The notes: generated by a model not told the origin, from the letters alone. Positions 8,701 through 22,800 are shown, counted from the stretch's first letter. The stretch is 64,000 bases of DNA from Eledone cirrhosa (GCA_964016885.1 OZ024744.1:133672001-133736000), one strand, 5' to 3'. Made by a program: numbers and translations.

Positions 8701-11700
8701 TTAAGTTGGGGTTAAGTTAAGTTGGGGTTAATTTAAGTTGGGGTTTATTTAAGATGGGGTTACGTTAAGTTGGTATTAAGTTAAGTTGGGGTTAATTTAA
8801 GTTGGGGTTAATTAAGTTGGGGTTAAGTTAAGTTGGGGTTAAATTAAGTTGGGGTTAAATTAAGTTGGGGTTAAGTTACGTTTGGGGTAAGTTAAGTTGG
8901 GGGCAAGTTAAGTTGGGGTTAATTTAAGTTGGGGTTAAATTAAGTTGGGGTTACGTTAAGTTGGTGTTAAGTTAAGTTGGGGTTAATTTAAGTTGGGGTT
9001 AATTAAGTTGGGGTTAAGTTAAGTTGGGGTTAAGTTAAGTTGGGGTTAATTTAAGTTGGGGTTGAGTTAAGTTGGGGTTAAGTTAAGTTGGGGTTATATT
9101 AAGTTGGGGTTAAGTTAAGTTGGGGTTCAGTTAAGTTGGGGATAAGTTAAGTTGGGGTTAAGTTAAGTTGGGGTTAAGTTAAGGTGGCGTTAAGTTAAGT
9201 TGGTGTTAAGTTAAGTTGGGGCTAAGTTAAGTTGGGGCTGAGTTAAGTTGGGGCTGAGTTAAGTTGGGGTTAAGTTAAGTTGGGGTTGAGTTAAGTTGGG
9301 GTTAAGTTAAGTTGGGGTCAAGTTAAGTTGGGGTTAAGTTGGGGTTAAGTTAAGTTGGGGTTAAGTTAAGTTGGGGTTAAGTTAAGTCGGGGTTAAGTTA
9401 AGTTGGGGTTAAGTTAAGTTGGGGTTAATTTAAGTTGGGGTTAAGTTAAGTTGGGGTTAAGTTAAGTTGGGGTTAAGTTAAGATGGGGTTAAGTTAAGTT
9501 GGGGTTAAGTTAAGTTGAGGTTAAGTTAAGTTGGGGTTAAATTAAGTTGGGGTTAAGTTAAGTTGGGGTTAAGTTAAGTTGGGGTTAAGTTAAGTTGGGG
9601 ATAAGTTAAGTTGGGGATAATTTAAGTTGGGGTTAAGTTAAGTTGGGTTTAAGTTAAGTTGGGGTTAAGTTAAGTTGGGGTTAAGTTAAGTTGGGGTTAA
9701 GTTAAGTTGGGGTTAAGTTAAGTTGGGGTTAAGTTAAGTTGGGGCTAAGTTAAGTTGGGGCTGAGTTAAGTTGGGGTTAAGTTAAGTTGGGGTTAAGTTA
9801 AGTTGGGGTTAAGTTAAGTTGGGGTTTATTTAAGTTGGGGTTAAGTTAAGTTGGGGTTCAGTTAAGTTGGGGTTAAGTTAAGTTGGGGTTAAGATGGGGT
9901 TAAATTAAGTTGGGGTTAAGTTAAGTTGGGGTTAAGTTAAGTTGGGGTTAAGTTAAGTTGGGGTTAAGTTAAGTCGGGGTTAAGTTAAGTCGGGGTTAAG
10001 TTAAGTTAGGGTTCAGTTAAGTTGGGGTTAAGTTAAGTTGGGGTTGAGTTAAGTTGGGGTTGAGTTAAATTGGGGTTGAGTTAAGTTGGGGTTGAGTTAA
10101 GTTGGTGTTGAGTTAAGTTGGGGTTAAGTTAAGTTGGGGTTAAGTTAAGTTGGGGTTAATTTAAGTTGGGGTTCAGTTAAGTTGGGGTTCAGTTAAGTTG
10201 GGGATAAGTTAAGTTGGGGTTAAGTTAAGTTGGTGTTAAGTTAAGTTGGGGCTAAGTTAAGTTGGGGCTGAGTTAAGTTGGGGCTGAGTTAAGTTGGGGT
10301 TAAGTTAAGTTGGGGTTGAGTTAAGTTGGGGTTAAGTTAAGTTGGGGTCAAGTTAAGTTGGGGTTAAGTTGGGGTTAAGTTAAGTTAGGTTTAAGTTAAG
10401 TTGGGGTTAAGTTAAATTGGGGTTACGTTAAGTTGGTGTTAAGTTAAGTTGGGGTTAATTTAAGTTGGGGTTAATTAAGTTGGGGTTAAGTTAAGTTGGG
10501 GATAAGTTAAGTTGGGGTTAATTTAAGTTGGGGTTGAGTTAAGTTGGGGTTAAGTTAAGTTGGGGTTATATTAAGTTGGGGTTAAGTTAAGTTGGGGTTC
10601 AGTTAAGTTGGGGATAAGTTAAGTTGGGGTTAAGTTAAGTTGGGGTTAAGTTAAGTTGGGGTTAAGTTAAGTTGGTGTTAAGTTAAGTTGTGGCTAAGTT
10701 AAGTTGGGGCTGAGTTAAGTTGGGGCTGAGTTAAGTTGGGGTTAAGTTAAGTTGGGGTTGAGTTAAGTTGGGGTTAAGTTAAGTTGGGGTCAAGTTAAAT
10801 TGGGGTTAAGTTGGGGTTAAGTTAGGTTAGGTTTCAGTTAAGTTGGGGTTAAGTTAAGTTGGGGTTAACTTAAGTTGGGGTTAAGTTAAGTTGGGGTTAA
10901 GTTAAGTTGGGGTTAAGTTAATTTGTGGTTAAGTTAAGTTGGGGTTAAGTTAAGTTAGGGTTAAGTTAAGTTGGGGTTAAGTTAAGTCGGGGTTAAGTTA
11001 AGTTGGGGTTAAGTTAAGTTGGGGTTAATTTAAGTTGGGGTTAAGTTAAGTTGGGGTTAAGTTAAGTTGGGGTTAAGTTAAGATGGGGTTAGGTTAAGTT
11101 GGGGTTAAGTTAAGTTGAGGTTAAGTTAAGTTGGGGTCAAGTTAAGTTGGGGTCAAGTTAAGTTGGGGTTAAGTTGGGGTTAAGTTAAGTTAGGTTTAAG
11201 TTAAGTCGGGGTTAAGTTAAGTTGGGGTTGAGTTAAGTTGGGGTTAATTAAGTGGTGGTTATGTTAAGTTGGGGTTAAGTTAAGTTGGGGTTAATTTAAA
11301 TTGGGGTTAAGTTAACTTTGTGGTTAATTTAAGTTGGGGTTAAGTTAAGTTGGGGTTAAGTTGGGGTTGAGTTAAGTTGAGGTTGAGTGAAGTTGGGGTT
11401 AAGTTAAGTTGGGGTTAAGTTAAGTTGGGGTTAAGTTAGGTCGGGGTTAAGTTAAGTTGTGGTTGAGTTAAGTTGGGGTTAATTTAAGTTGGGGCTAAGT
11501 TAATTTGTGGTTAAGTTAAGTTGGGGTTAAGTTAAGTTGGGGTTAAGTTAAGTTGGGGTTGAGTTAAGTTGGGGTTGAGTTAATTTGGGGTTAAGTTAAG
11601 TTGGGGTTAAATTAAGTTGGGGTTAAATTAAGTTGGGGTTAAGTTACGTTGGGGGTAAGTTAAGTTGGGGGCAAGTTAAGTTGGGGTTAATTTAAGTTGG

Positions 11701-14700
11701 GGTTAAATTAAGTTGGGGTTACGTTAAGTTGGTGTTAAGTTAAGTTGGGGTTAATTTAAGTTGGGGTTAATTAAGTTGGGGTTAACTTAAGTTGGGGTTA
11801 AGTTAAGTTGGGGTTAATTTAAGTTGGGGTTGAGTTAAGTTGGGGTTAAGTTAAGTTGGGGTTATATTAAGTTGGGGTTAAGTTAAGTTGGGGTTCAGTT
11901 AAGTTGGGGATAAGTTAAGTTGGGGTTAAGTTAAGTTGGGGTTGAGTTAAGGTGGGGTTAAGTTAAGTTGGTGTTAAGTTAAGTTGGGGCTAAGTTAAGT
12001 TGGGGCTGAGTTAAGTTGGGGCTGAGTTAAGTTGGGGTTAAGTTAAGTTGGGGTTGAGTTAAGTTGGGGTTAAGTTAAGTTGGGGTCAAGTTAAGTTGGG
12101 GTTAAGTTGGGGTTAAGTTAAGTTGGGGTTAAGTTAAGTTGGGGTTAAGTTAAGTCGGGGTTAAGTTAAGTTGGGGTTAAGTTAAGTTGGGGTTAATTTA
12201 AGTTGGGGTTAAGTTAAGTTGGGGTTAAGTTAAGTTGGGGTTAAGTTAAGATGGGGTTAAGTTAAGTTGGGGTTAAGTTAAGTTGAGGTTAAGTTAAGTT
12301 GGGGTTAAATTAAGTTGGGGTTAAGTTAAGTTGGGGTTAAGTTAAGTTGGGGTTAAGTTAAGTTGGGGATAAGTTAAGTTGGGGATAATTTAAGTTGGGG
12401 TTAAGTTAAGTTGGGTTTAAGTTAAATTGGGGTTAAGTTAAGTTGGGGTTAAGTTAAGTTGGGGTTAAGTTAAGTTGGGGTTAAGTTAAGTTGGGGTTAA
12501 GTTAAGTTGGGGCTAAGTTAAGTTGGGGCTGAGTTAAGTTGGGGTTAAGTTAAGTTGGGGTTAAGTTAAGTTGGGGTTAAGTTAAGTTGGGGTTTATTTA
12601 AGTTGGGGTTAATTTAAGTTGGGGTTCAGTTAAGTTGGGGTTAAGTTAAGTTGGGGTTAAGATGGGGTTAAATTAAGTTGGGGTTAAGTTAAGTTGGGGT
12701 TAAGTTAAGTTGGGGTTAAGTTAAGTTGGGGTTAAGTTAAGTCGGGGTTAAGTTAAGTCGGGGTTAAGTTAAGTTAGGGTTCAGTTAAGTTGGGGTTAAG
12801 TTAAGTTGGGGTTGAGTTAAGTTGGGGTTGAGTTAAATTGGGGTTGAGTTAAGTTGGGGTTGAGTTAAGTTGGTGTTGAGTTAAGTTGGGGTTAAGTTAA
12901 GTTGGGGTTAAGTTAAGTTGGGGTTAATTTAAGTTGGGGTTCAGTTAAGTTGGGGTTCAGTTAAGTTGGGGATAAGTTAAGTTGGGGTTAAGTTAAGTTG
13001 GGGTTAAGTTAAGTTGGGGTTAAGTTAAGTTGGGGCTAAGTTAAGTTGGGGCTGAGTTAAGTTGGGGCTGAGTTAAGTTGGGGTTAAGTTAAGTTGGGGT
13101 TGAGTTAAGTTGGGGTTAAGTTAAGTTGGGGTCAAGTTAAGTTGGGGTTAAGTTGGGGTTAAGTTAAGTTAGGTTTAAGTTAAGTTGGGGTTAAGTTAAG
13201 TTGGGGTTACGTTAAGTTGGTGTTAAGTTAAGTTGGGGTTAATTTAAGTTGGGGTTAATTAAGTTGGGGTTAAGTTAAGTTGGGGTTAAGTTAAGTTGGG
13301 GTTGAGTTAAGTTGGGGTTAAGTTAAGTTGGGGTTATATTAAGTTGGGGTTAAGTTAAGTTGGGGTTCAGTTAAGTTGGGGATAAGTTAAGTTGGGGTTA
13401 AGTTAAGTTGGGGTTAAGTTAAGTTGGGGTTAAGTTAAGTTGGTGTTAAGTTAAGTTGGGGCTAAGTTAAGTTGGGGCTGAGTTAAGTTGGGGCTGAGTT
13501 AAGTTGGGGTTAAGTTAAGTTGGGGTTGAGTTAAATTGGGGTTAAGTTAAGTTGGGGTTAAGTTGGGGTTAAGTTAAGTTGGTGTTAAGTTAAGTTGGGG
13601 CTAAGTTAAGTTGGGGCTGAGTTAAGTTGGGGCTGAGTGAAGTTGGGGTTAAGTTAAGTTGGGGTCAAGTTAAGTTGGGGTTAAGTTGGGGTTAAGTTAA
13701 GTTAGGTTTAAGTTAAGTTGGGGTTAAGTTAAGTTGGGGTTAAGTTAAGTTGGGGTTAAGTTAAGTTGGGGTTAAGTTAAGTTGGGGTTAAGTTAAGTTG
13801 GGGTTAAGTTAAGTTGGGGTTAAGTTAAGTTGGGGTTAATTTAAGTCGGGGTTAAGTTAAGTTGGGGTTAAGTTAAGTTGGGGTTAATTTAAGTTGGGGT
13901 TAAGTTAAGTTGGGGCTAATTTAAGTTGGGGTTAAGTTAAGTTGGGGTTAAGTTAAGTTGGGGTTAAGTTAAGTTGAGGTTAAGTTAAGTTGGGGTTAAA
14001 TTAAGTTGGGGTTAAGTTAAGTTGGGGTTAAGTTAAGTTGGGGTTAAGTTAAGTTGGGGATAAGTTAAGTTGGGGATAGTTTAAGTTGGGGTTAAGTTAA
14101 GTTGGGTTTAAGTTAAGTTGGGGTTAAGTTAAGTTGGGGATAAGTTAAGTTGGGGTTAAGTTAAGTTGGGGTTAAGTTAAGTTGGGGTTAAGTTAAGTTG
14201 GGGCTAAGTTAAGTTGGGGCTGAGTTAAGTTGGGGTTAAGTTAAGTTGGGGTTAAGTTAAGTTGGGGTTAATTTAAGTTGGGGTTTATTTAAGATGGGGT
14301 TACGTTAAGTTGGTATTAAGTTAAGTTGGGGTTAATTTAAGTTGGGGTTAATTAAGTTGGGGTTAAGTTAAGTTGGGGTTAAATTAAGTTGGGGTTAAAT
14401 TAAGTTGGGGTTAAGTTACGTTTGGGGTAAGTTAAGTTGGGGGCAAGTTAAGTTGGGGTTAATTTAAGTTGGGGTTAAATTAAGTTGGGGTTACGTTAAG
14501 TTGGTGTTAAGTTAAGTTGGGGTTAATTTAAGTTGGGGTTAATTAAGTTGGGGTTAAGTTAAGTTGGGGTTAAGTTAAGTTGGGGTTAATTTAAGTTGGG
14601 GTTGAGTTAAGTTGGGGTTAAGTTAAGTTGGGGTTATATTAAGTTGGGGTTAAGTTAAGTTGGGGTTCAGTTAAGTTGGGGATAAGTTAAGTTGGGGTTA

Positions 14701-17700
14701 AGTTAAGTTGGGGTTAAGTTAAGGTGGCGTTAAGTTAAGTTGGTGTTAAGTTAAGTTGGGGCTAAGTTAAGTTGGGGCTGAGTTAAGTTGGGGCTGAGTT
14801 AAGTTGGGGTTAAGTTAAGTTGGGGTTGAGTTAAGTTGGGGTTAAATTAAGTTGGGGTCAAGTTAAGTTGGGGTTAAGTTGGGGTTAAGTTAAGTTGGGG
14901 TTAAGTTAAGTTGGGGTTAAGTTAAGTCGGGGTTAAGTTAAGTTGGGGTTAAGTTAAGTTGGGGTTAATTTAAGTTGGGGTTAAGTTAAGTTGGGGTTAA
15001 GTTAAGTTGGGGTTAAGTTAAGATGGGGTTAAGTTAAGTTGGGGTTAAGTTAAGTTGAGGTTAAGTTAAGTTGGGGTTAAATTAAGTTGGGGTTAAGTTA
15101 AGTTGGGGTTAAGTTAAGTTGGGGTTAAGTTAAGTTGGGGATAAGTTAAGTTGGGGATAATTTAAGTTGGGGTTAAGTTAAGTTGGGTTTAAGTTAAGTT
15201 GGGGTTAAGTTAAGTTGGGGTTAAGTTAAGTTGGGGTTAAGTTAAGTTGGGGTTAAGTTAAGTTGGGGTTAAGTTAAGTTGGGGTTTATTTAAGTTGGGG
15301 TTAAGTTAAGTTGGGGTTCAGTTAAGTTGGGGTTAAGTTAAGTTGGGGTTAAGATGGGGTTAAATTAAGTTGGGGTTAAGTTAAGTTGGGGTTAAGTTAA
15401 GTTGGGGTTAAGTTAAGTTGGGGTTAAGTTAAGTCGGGGTTAAGTTAAGTCGGGGTTAAGTTAAGTTAGGGTTCAGTTAAGTTGGGGTTAAGTTAAGTTG
15501 GGGTTGAGTTAAGTTGGGGTTGAGTTAAATTGGGGTTGAGTTAAGTTGGGGTTGAGTTAAGTTGGTGTTGAGTTAAGTTGGGGTTAAGTTAAGTTGGGGT
15601 TAAGTTAAGTTGGGGTTAATTTAAGTTGGGGTTCAGTTAAGTTGGGGTTCAGTTAAGTTGGGGATAAGTTAAGTTGGGGTTAAGTTAAGTTGGTGTTAAG
15701 TTAAGTTGGGGCTAAGTTAAGTTGGGGCTGAGTTAAGTTGGGGCTGAGTTAAGTTGGGGTTAAGTTAAGTTGGGGTTGAGTTAAGTTGGGGTTAAGTTAA
15801 GTTGGGGTCAAGTTAAGTTGGGGTTAAGTTGGGGTTAAGTTAAGTTAGGTTTAAGTTAAGTTGGGGTTAAGTTAAATTGGGGTTACGTTAAGTTGGTGTT
15901 AAGTTAAGTTGGGGTTAATTTAAGTTGGGGTTAATTAAGTTGGGGTTAAGTTAAGTTGGGGATAAGTTAAGTTGGGGTTAATTTAAGTTGGGGTTGAGTT
16001 AAGTTGGGGTTAAGTTAAGTTGGGGTTATATTAAGTTGGGGTTAAGTTAAGTTGGGGTTCAGTTAAGTTGGGGATAAGTTAAGTTGGGGTTAAGTTAAGT
16101 TGGGGTTAAGTTAAGTTGGGGTTAAGTTAAGTTGGTGTTAAGTTAAGTTGTGGCTAAGTTAAGTTGGGGCTGAGTTAAGTTGGGGCTGAGTTAAGTTGGG
16201 GTTAAGTTAAGTTGGGGTTGAGTTAAGTTGGGGTTAAGTTAAGTTGGGGTCAAGTTAAATTGGGGTTAAGTTGGGGTTAAGTTAGGTTAGGTTTCAGTTA
16301 AGTTGGGGTTAAGTTAAGTTGGGGTTAAGTTAAGTTGGGGTTAAGTTAAGTTGGGGTTAAGTTAAGTTGGGGTTAAGTTAATTTGTGGTTAAGTTAAGTT
16401 GGGGTTAAGTTAAGTTAGGGTTAAGTTAAGTTGGGGTTAAGTTAAGTCGGGGTTAAGTTAAGTTGGGGTTAAGTTAAGTTGGGGTTAATTTAAGTTGGGG
16501 TTAAGTTAAGTTGGGGTTAAGTTAAGTTGGGGTTAAGTTAAGATGGGGTTAGGTTAAGTTGGGGTTAAGTTAAGTTGAGGTTAAGTTAAGTTGGGGTCAA
16601 GTTAAGTTGGGGTCAAGTTAAGTTGGGGTTAAGTTGGGGTTAAGTTAAGTTAGGTTTAAGTTAAGTCGGGGTTAAGTTAAGTTGGGGTTGAGTTAAGTTG
16701 GGGTTAATTAAGTGGTGGTTATGTTAAGTTGGGGTTAAGTTAAGTTGGGGTTAATTTAAATTGGGGTTAAGTTAACTTTGTGGTTAATTTAAGTTGGGGT
16801 TAAGTTAAGTTGGGGTTAAGTTGGGGTTGAGTTAAGTTGAGGTTGAGTGAAGTTGGGGTTAAGTTAAGTTGGGGTTAAGTTAAGTTGGGGTTAAGTTAGG
16901 TCGGGGTTAAGTTAAGTTGTGGTTGAGTTAAGTTGGGGTTAATTTAAGTTGGGGCTAAGTTAATTTGTGGTTAAGTTAAGTTGGGGTTAAGTTAAGTTGG
17001 GGTTAAGTTAAGTTGGGGTTGAGTTAAGTTGGGGTTGAGTTAATTTGGGGTTAAGTTAAGTTGGGGTTAAATTAAGTTGGGGTTAAATTAAGTTGGGGTT
17101 AAGTTACGTTGGGGGTAAGTTAAGTTGGGGGCAAGTTAAGTTGGGGTTAATTTAAGTTGGGGTTAAATTAAGTTGGGGTTACGTTAAGTTGGTGTTAAGT
17201 TAAGTTGGGGTTAATTTAAGTTGGGGTTAATTAAGTTGGGGTTAACTTAAGTTGGGGTTAAGTTAAGTTGGGGTTAATTTAAGTTGGGGTTGAGTTAAGT
17301 TGGGGTTAAGTTAAGTTGGGGTTATATTAAGTTGGGGTTAAGTTAAGTTGGGGTTCAGTTAAGTTGGGGATAAGTTAAGTTGGGGTTAAGTTAAGTTGGG
17401 GTTAAGTTAAGGTGGGGTTAAGTTAAGTTGGTGTTAAGTTAAGTTGGGGCTAAGTTAAGTTGGGGCTGAGTTAAGTTGGGGCTGAGTTAAGTTGGGGTTA
17501 AGTTAAGTTGGGGTTGAGTTAAGTTGGGGTTAAGTTAAGTTGGGGTCAAGTTAAGTTGGGGTTAAGTTGGGGTTAAGTTAAGTTGGGGTTAAGTTAAGTT
17601 GGGGTTAAGTTAAGTCGGGGTTAAGTTAAGTTGGGGTTAAGTTAAGTTGGGGTTAATTTAAGTTGGGGTTAAGTTAAGTTGGGGTTAAGTTAAGTTGGGG

Positions 17701-19850
17701 TTAAGTTAAGATGGGGTTAAGTTAAGTTGGGGTTAAGTTAAGTTGAGGTTAAGTTAAGTTGGGGTTAAATTAAGTTGGGGTTAAGTTAAGTTGGGGTTAA
17801 GTTAAGTTGGGGTTAAGTTAAGTTGGGGATAAGTTAAGTTGGGGATAATTTAAGTTGGGGTTAAGTTAAGTTGGGTTTAAGTTAAATTGGGGTTAAGTTA
17901 AGTTGGGGTTAAGTTAAGTTGGGGTTAAGTTAAGTTGGGGTTAAGTTAAGTTGGGGTTAAGTTAAGTTGGGGCTAAGTTAAGTTGGGGCTGAGTTAAGTT
18001 GGGGTTAAGTTAAGTTGGGGTTAAGTTAAGTTGGGGTTAAGTTAAGTTGGGGTTTATTTAAGTTGGGGTTAATTTAAGTTGGGGTTCAGTTAAGTTGGGG
18101 TTAAGTTAAGTTGGGGTTAAGATGGGGTTAAGTTAAGTTGGGGTTAAGTTAAGTTGGGGTTAAGTTAAGTTGGGGTTAAGTTAAGTCGGGGTTAAGTTAA
18201 GTCGGGGTTAAGTTAAGTTAGGGTTCAGTTAAGTTGGGGTTAAGTTAAGTTGGGGTTGAGTTAAGTTGGGGTTGAGTTAAATTGGGGTTGAGTTAAGTTG
18301 GGGTTGAGTTAAGTTGGTGTTGAGTTAAGTTGGGGTTAAGTTAAGTTGGGGTTAAGTTAAGTTGGGGTTAATTTAAGTTGGGGTTCAGTTAAGTTGGGGT
18401 TCAGTTAAGTTGGGGATAAGTTAAGTTGGGGTTAAGTTAAGTTGGGGTTAAGTTAAGTTGGGGTTAAGTTAAGTTGGGGCTAAGTTAAGTTGGGGCTGAG
18501 TTAAGTTGGGGCTGAGTTAAGTTGGGGTTAAGTTAAGTTGGGGTTGAGTTAAGTTGGGGTTAAGTTAAGTTGGGGTCAAGTTAAGTTGGGGTTAAGTTGG
18601 GGTTAAGATAAGTTAGGTTTAAGTTAAGTTGGGGTTAAGTTAAGTTGGGGTTACGTTAAGTTGGTGTTAAGTTAAGTTGGGGTTAATTTAAGTTGGGGTT
18701 AATTAAGTTGGGGTTAAGTTAAGTTGGGGTTAAGTTAAGTTGGGGTTGAGTTAAGTTGGGGTTAAGTTAAGTTGGGGTTATATTAAGTTGGGGTTAAGTT
18801 AAGTTGGGGTTCAGTTAAGTTGGGGATAAGTTAAGTTGGGGTTAAGTTAAGTTGGGGTTAAGTTAAGTTGGGGTTAAGTTAAGTTGGTGTTAAGTTAAGT
18901 TGGGGCTAAGTTAAGTTGGGGCTGAGTTAAGTTGGGGCTGAGTTAAGTTGGGGTTATGTTAAGTTGGGGTTGAGTTAAATTGGGGTTAAGTTAAGTTGGG
19001 GTTAAGTTGGGGTTAAGTTAAGTTGGTGTTAAGTTAAGTTGGGGCTAAGTTAAGTTGGGGCTGAGTTAAGTTGGGGCTGAGTGAAGTTGGGGTTAAGTTA
19101 AGTTGGGGTTGAGTTAAGTTGGGGTTAAGTTAAGTTGGGGTCAAGTTAAGTTGGGGTTAAGTTGGGGTTAAGTTAAGTTAGGTTTAAGTTAAGTTGGGGT
19201 TAAGTTAAGTTGGGGTTAAGTTAAGTTGGGGTTAAGTTAAGTTGGGGTTAAGTTAAGTTGGGGTTAAGTTAATTTGTGGTTAAGTTAAGTTGGGGTTAAG
19301 TTAAGTTGGGGTTAAGTTAAGTTGGGGTTAATTTAAGTCGGGGTTAAGTTAAGTTGGGGTTAAGTTAAGTTGGGGTTAATTTAAGTTGGGGTTAAGTTAA
19401 GTTGGGGCTAATTTAAGTTGGGGTTAAGTTAAGTTGGGGTTAAGTTAAGTTGGGGTTAAGTTAAGTTGAGGTTAAGTTAAGTTGCGGTTAAATTAAGTTG
19501 GGGTTAAGTTAAGTTGGGGTTAAGTTAAGTTGGGGTTAAGTTAAGTTGGGGATAAGTTAAGTTGGGGATAGTTTAAGTTGGGGTTAAGTTAAGTTGGGTT
19601 TAAGTTAAGTTGGGGTTAAGTTAAGTTGGGGATAAGTTAAGTTGGGGTTAAGTTAAGTTGGGGTTAAGTTAAGTTGGGGTTAAGTTAAGTTGGGGCTAAG
19701 TTAAGTTGGGGCTGAGTTAAGTTGGGGTTAAGTTAAGTTGGGGTTAAGTTAAGTTGGGGTTAATTTAAGTTGGGGTTTATTTAAGATGGGGTTACGTTAA
19801 GTTGGTATTAAGTTAAGTTGGGGTTAATTTAAGTTGGGGTTAATTAAGTT
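5715..19850 (+). repeat. Derived ~5.5-kb HOR lacking the inversion, about 2.5 tandem copies (starts ~5715, ~11225, ~16685)
   Basis: Private markers recur: AAGGTGGCGT at 9181 and 14721, TTTGGGGTAA at 8881 and 14421 (offset 5540); GTTTCAG at 10831 and 16291, AGTGGTGG at 11251 and 16711 (offset 5460). Confidence 0.85.
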
Positions 19851-22800
19851 GGGGTTAAGTTAAGTTGGGGTTAAGTTAAGTTAGGGCTAAGTTAAGTTGG
19901 GGCTGAGTTAAGTTGGGGTTAAGTTAAGTTGGGCTTAATTTAAGTCGGGGTTAAGTTAAGTTAGGGTTCAGTTAAGTTGGGGTTAAGTTAAGTTGGGGTT
20001 GAGTTAACTTGGGGTTGAGTTAAATTGGGGTTGAGTTAAGTTGGGGTTGAGTTAAGTTGGGGCTAAGTTAAGTTGGGGCTGAGTTAAGTTGGGGCTGAGT
20101 TAAGTTGGGGTTAAGTTAAGTTGGGGTTGAGTTAAGTTGGGGTTAAGTTAAGTTGGGGTCAAGTTAAGTTGGGGTTAAGTTGGGGTTAAGTTAAGTTGGG
20201 GTTAAGTTAAGTTGGGGTTAAGTTAAGTGGGGGTTAAGTTAAGTTGGGGTTAAGTTAAGTTGGGGTTAATTTAAGTTGGGGTTAAGTTAAGTTGGGGTTA
20301 AGTTAAGTTGGGGTTAAGTTAAGATGGGGTTAAGTTAAGTTGGGGTTAAGTTAAGTTGAGGTTAAGTTAAGTTGGGGTTAAATTAAGTTGGGGTTAAGTT
20401 AAGTTGGGGTTAAGTTAAGTTGGGGTTAAGTTAAGTTGGGGATAAGTTAAGTTGGGGATAATTTAAGTTGGGGTTAAGTTAAGTTGGGTTTAAGTTAAAT
20501 TGGGGTTAAGTTAAGTTGGGGTTAAGTTAAGTTGGGGTTAAGTTAAGTTGGGGTTAAGTTAAGTTGGGGCTAAGTTAAGTTGGGGCTGAGTTAAGTTGGG
20601 GTTAAGTTAAGTTGGGGTTAAGTTAAGTTGGGGTTAAGTTAAGTTGGGGTTTATTTAAGTTGGGGTTAATTTAAGTTGGGGTTCAGTTAAGTTGGGGTTA
20701 AGTTAAGTTGGGGTTAAGATGGGGTTAAATTAAGTTGGGGTTAAGTTAAGTTGGGGTTAAGTTAAGTTGGGGTTAAGTTAAGTTGGGGTTAAGTTAAGTC
20801 GGGGTTATGTTAAGTCGGGGTTAAGTTAAGTTAGGGTTCAGTTAAGTTGGGGTTAAGTTAAGTTGGGGTTGAGTTAAGTTGGGGTTGAGTTAAATTGGGG
20901 TTGAGTTAAGTTGGGGTTGAGTTAAGTTGGTGTTGAGTTAAGTTGGGGTTAAGTTAAGTTGGGGTTAAGTTAAGTTGGGGTTAATTTAAGTTGGGGTTCA
21001 GTTAAGTTGGGGTTCAGTTAAGTTGGGGATAAGTTAAGTTGGGGTTAAGTTAAGTTGGGGTTAAGTTAAGTTGGGGTTAAGTTAAGTTGGTGTTAAGTTA
21101 AGTTGGGGCTAAGTTAAGTTGGGGCTGAGTTAAGTTGGGGCTGAGTTAAGTTGGGGTTAAGTTAAGTTGGGGTTGAGTTAAGTTGGGGTTAAGTTAAGTT
21201 GGGGTCAAGTTAAGTTGGGGTTAAGTTGGGGTTAAGTTAAGTTAGGTTTAAGTTAAGTTGGGGTTAAGTTAAGTTGGGGTTACGTTAAGTTGGTGTTAAG
21301 TTAAGTTGGGGTTAATTTAAGTTGGGGTTAATTAAGTTGGGGTTAAGTTAAGTTGGGGTTAAGTTAAGTTGGGGTTAATTTAAGTTGGGGTTGAGTTAAG
21401 TTGGGGTTAAGTTAAGTTGGGGTTATATTAAGTTGGGGTTAAGTTAAGTTGGGGTTCAGTTAAGTTGGGGATAAGTTAAGTTGGGGTTAAGTTAAGTTGG
21501 GGTTAAGTTAAGTTGGGGTTAAGTTAAGTTGGTGTTAAGTTAAGTTGGGGCTAAGTTAAGTTGGGGCTGAGTTAAGTTGGGGCTGAGTTAAGTTGGGGTT
21601 AAGTTAAGTTGGGGTTGAGTTAAGTTGGGGTTAAGTTAAGTTGGGGTTAAGTTAAGTTGGGGTTAAGTTAAGTTGGGGTTAATTTAAGTTGGGGTTCAGT
21701 TAAGTTGGGGTTCAGTTAAGTTGGGGATAAGTTAAGTTGGGGTTAAGTTAAGTTGGGGTTAAGTTAAGTTGGGGTTAAGTTAAGTTGGTGTTAAGTTAAG
21801 TTGGGGCTAAGTTAAGTTGGGGCTGAGTTAAGTTGGGGCTGAGTTAAGTTGGGGTTAAGTTAAGTTGGGGTTGAGTTAAGTTGGGGTTAAGTTAAGTTGG
21901 GGTCAAGTTAAGTTGGGGTTAAGTTGGGGTTAAGTTAAGTTAGGTTTAAGTTAAGTTGGGGTTAAGTTAAGTTGGGGTTACGTTAAGTTGGTGTTAAGTT
22001 AAGTTGGGGTTAAGTTGGGGTTAAGTTAAGTTAGGTTTAAGTTAAGTTGGGGTTAAGTTAAGTTGGGGTTACGTTAAGTTGGTGTTAAGTTAAGTTGGGG
22101 TTAATTTAAGTTGGGGTTAATTAAGTTGGGGTTAAGTTAAGTTGGGGTTAATTTAAGTTGGGGTTAATTTAAGTTGGGGTTGAGTTAAGTGGGGGTTAAG
22201 TTAAGTTGGGGTTATATTAAGTTGGGGTTAAGTTAAGTTGGGGTTCAGTTAAGTTGGGGATAAGTTAAGTTGGGGTTAAGTTAAGTTGGGGTTAAGTTAA
22301 GTTGGGGTTAAGTTAAGTTGGTGTTAAGTTAAGTTGGGGTTAAGTTGGGGTTAAGTTAAGTTGGTGTTAAGTTAAGTTGGGGCTAAGTTAAGTTGGGGCT
22401 GAGTTAAGTTGGGGCTGAGTGAAGTTGGGGTTAAGTTAAGTTGGGGTTGAGTTAAGTTGGGGTTAAGTTAAGTTGGGGTCAAGTTAAGTTGGGGTTAAGT
22501 TGGGGTTAAGTTAAGTTAGGTTTAAGTTAAGTTGGGGTTAAGTTAAGTTGGGGTTAAGTTAAGTTGGGGTTAAGTTAAGTTGGGGTTAAGTTAAGTTGGG
22601 GTTAAGTTAATTTGTGGTTAAGTTAAGTTGGGGTTAAGTTAAGTTGGGGTTAAGTTAAGTTGGGGTTAATTTAAGTCGGGGTTAAGTTAAGTTGGGGTTA
22701 AGTTAAGTTGGGGTTAATTTAAGTTGGGGTTAAGTTAAGTTGGGGCTGAGTGAAGTTGGGGTTAAGTTAAGTTGGGGTTGAGTTAAATTGGGGTTAAGTT

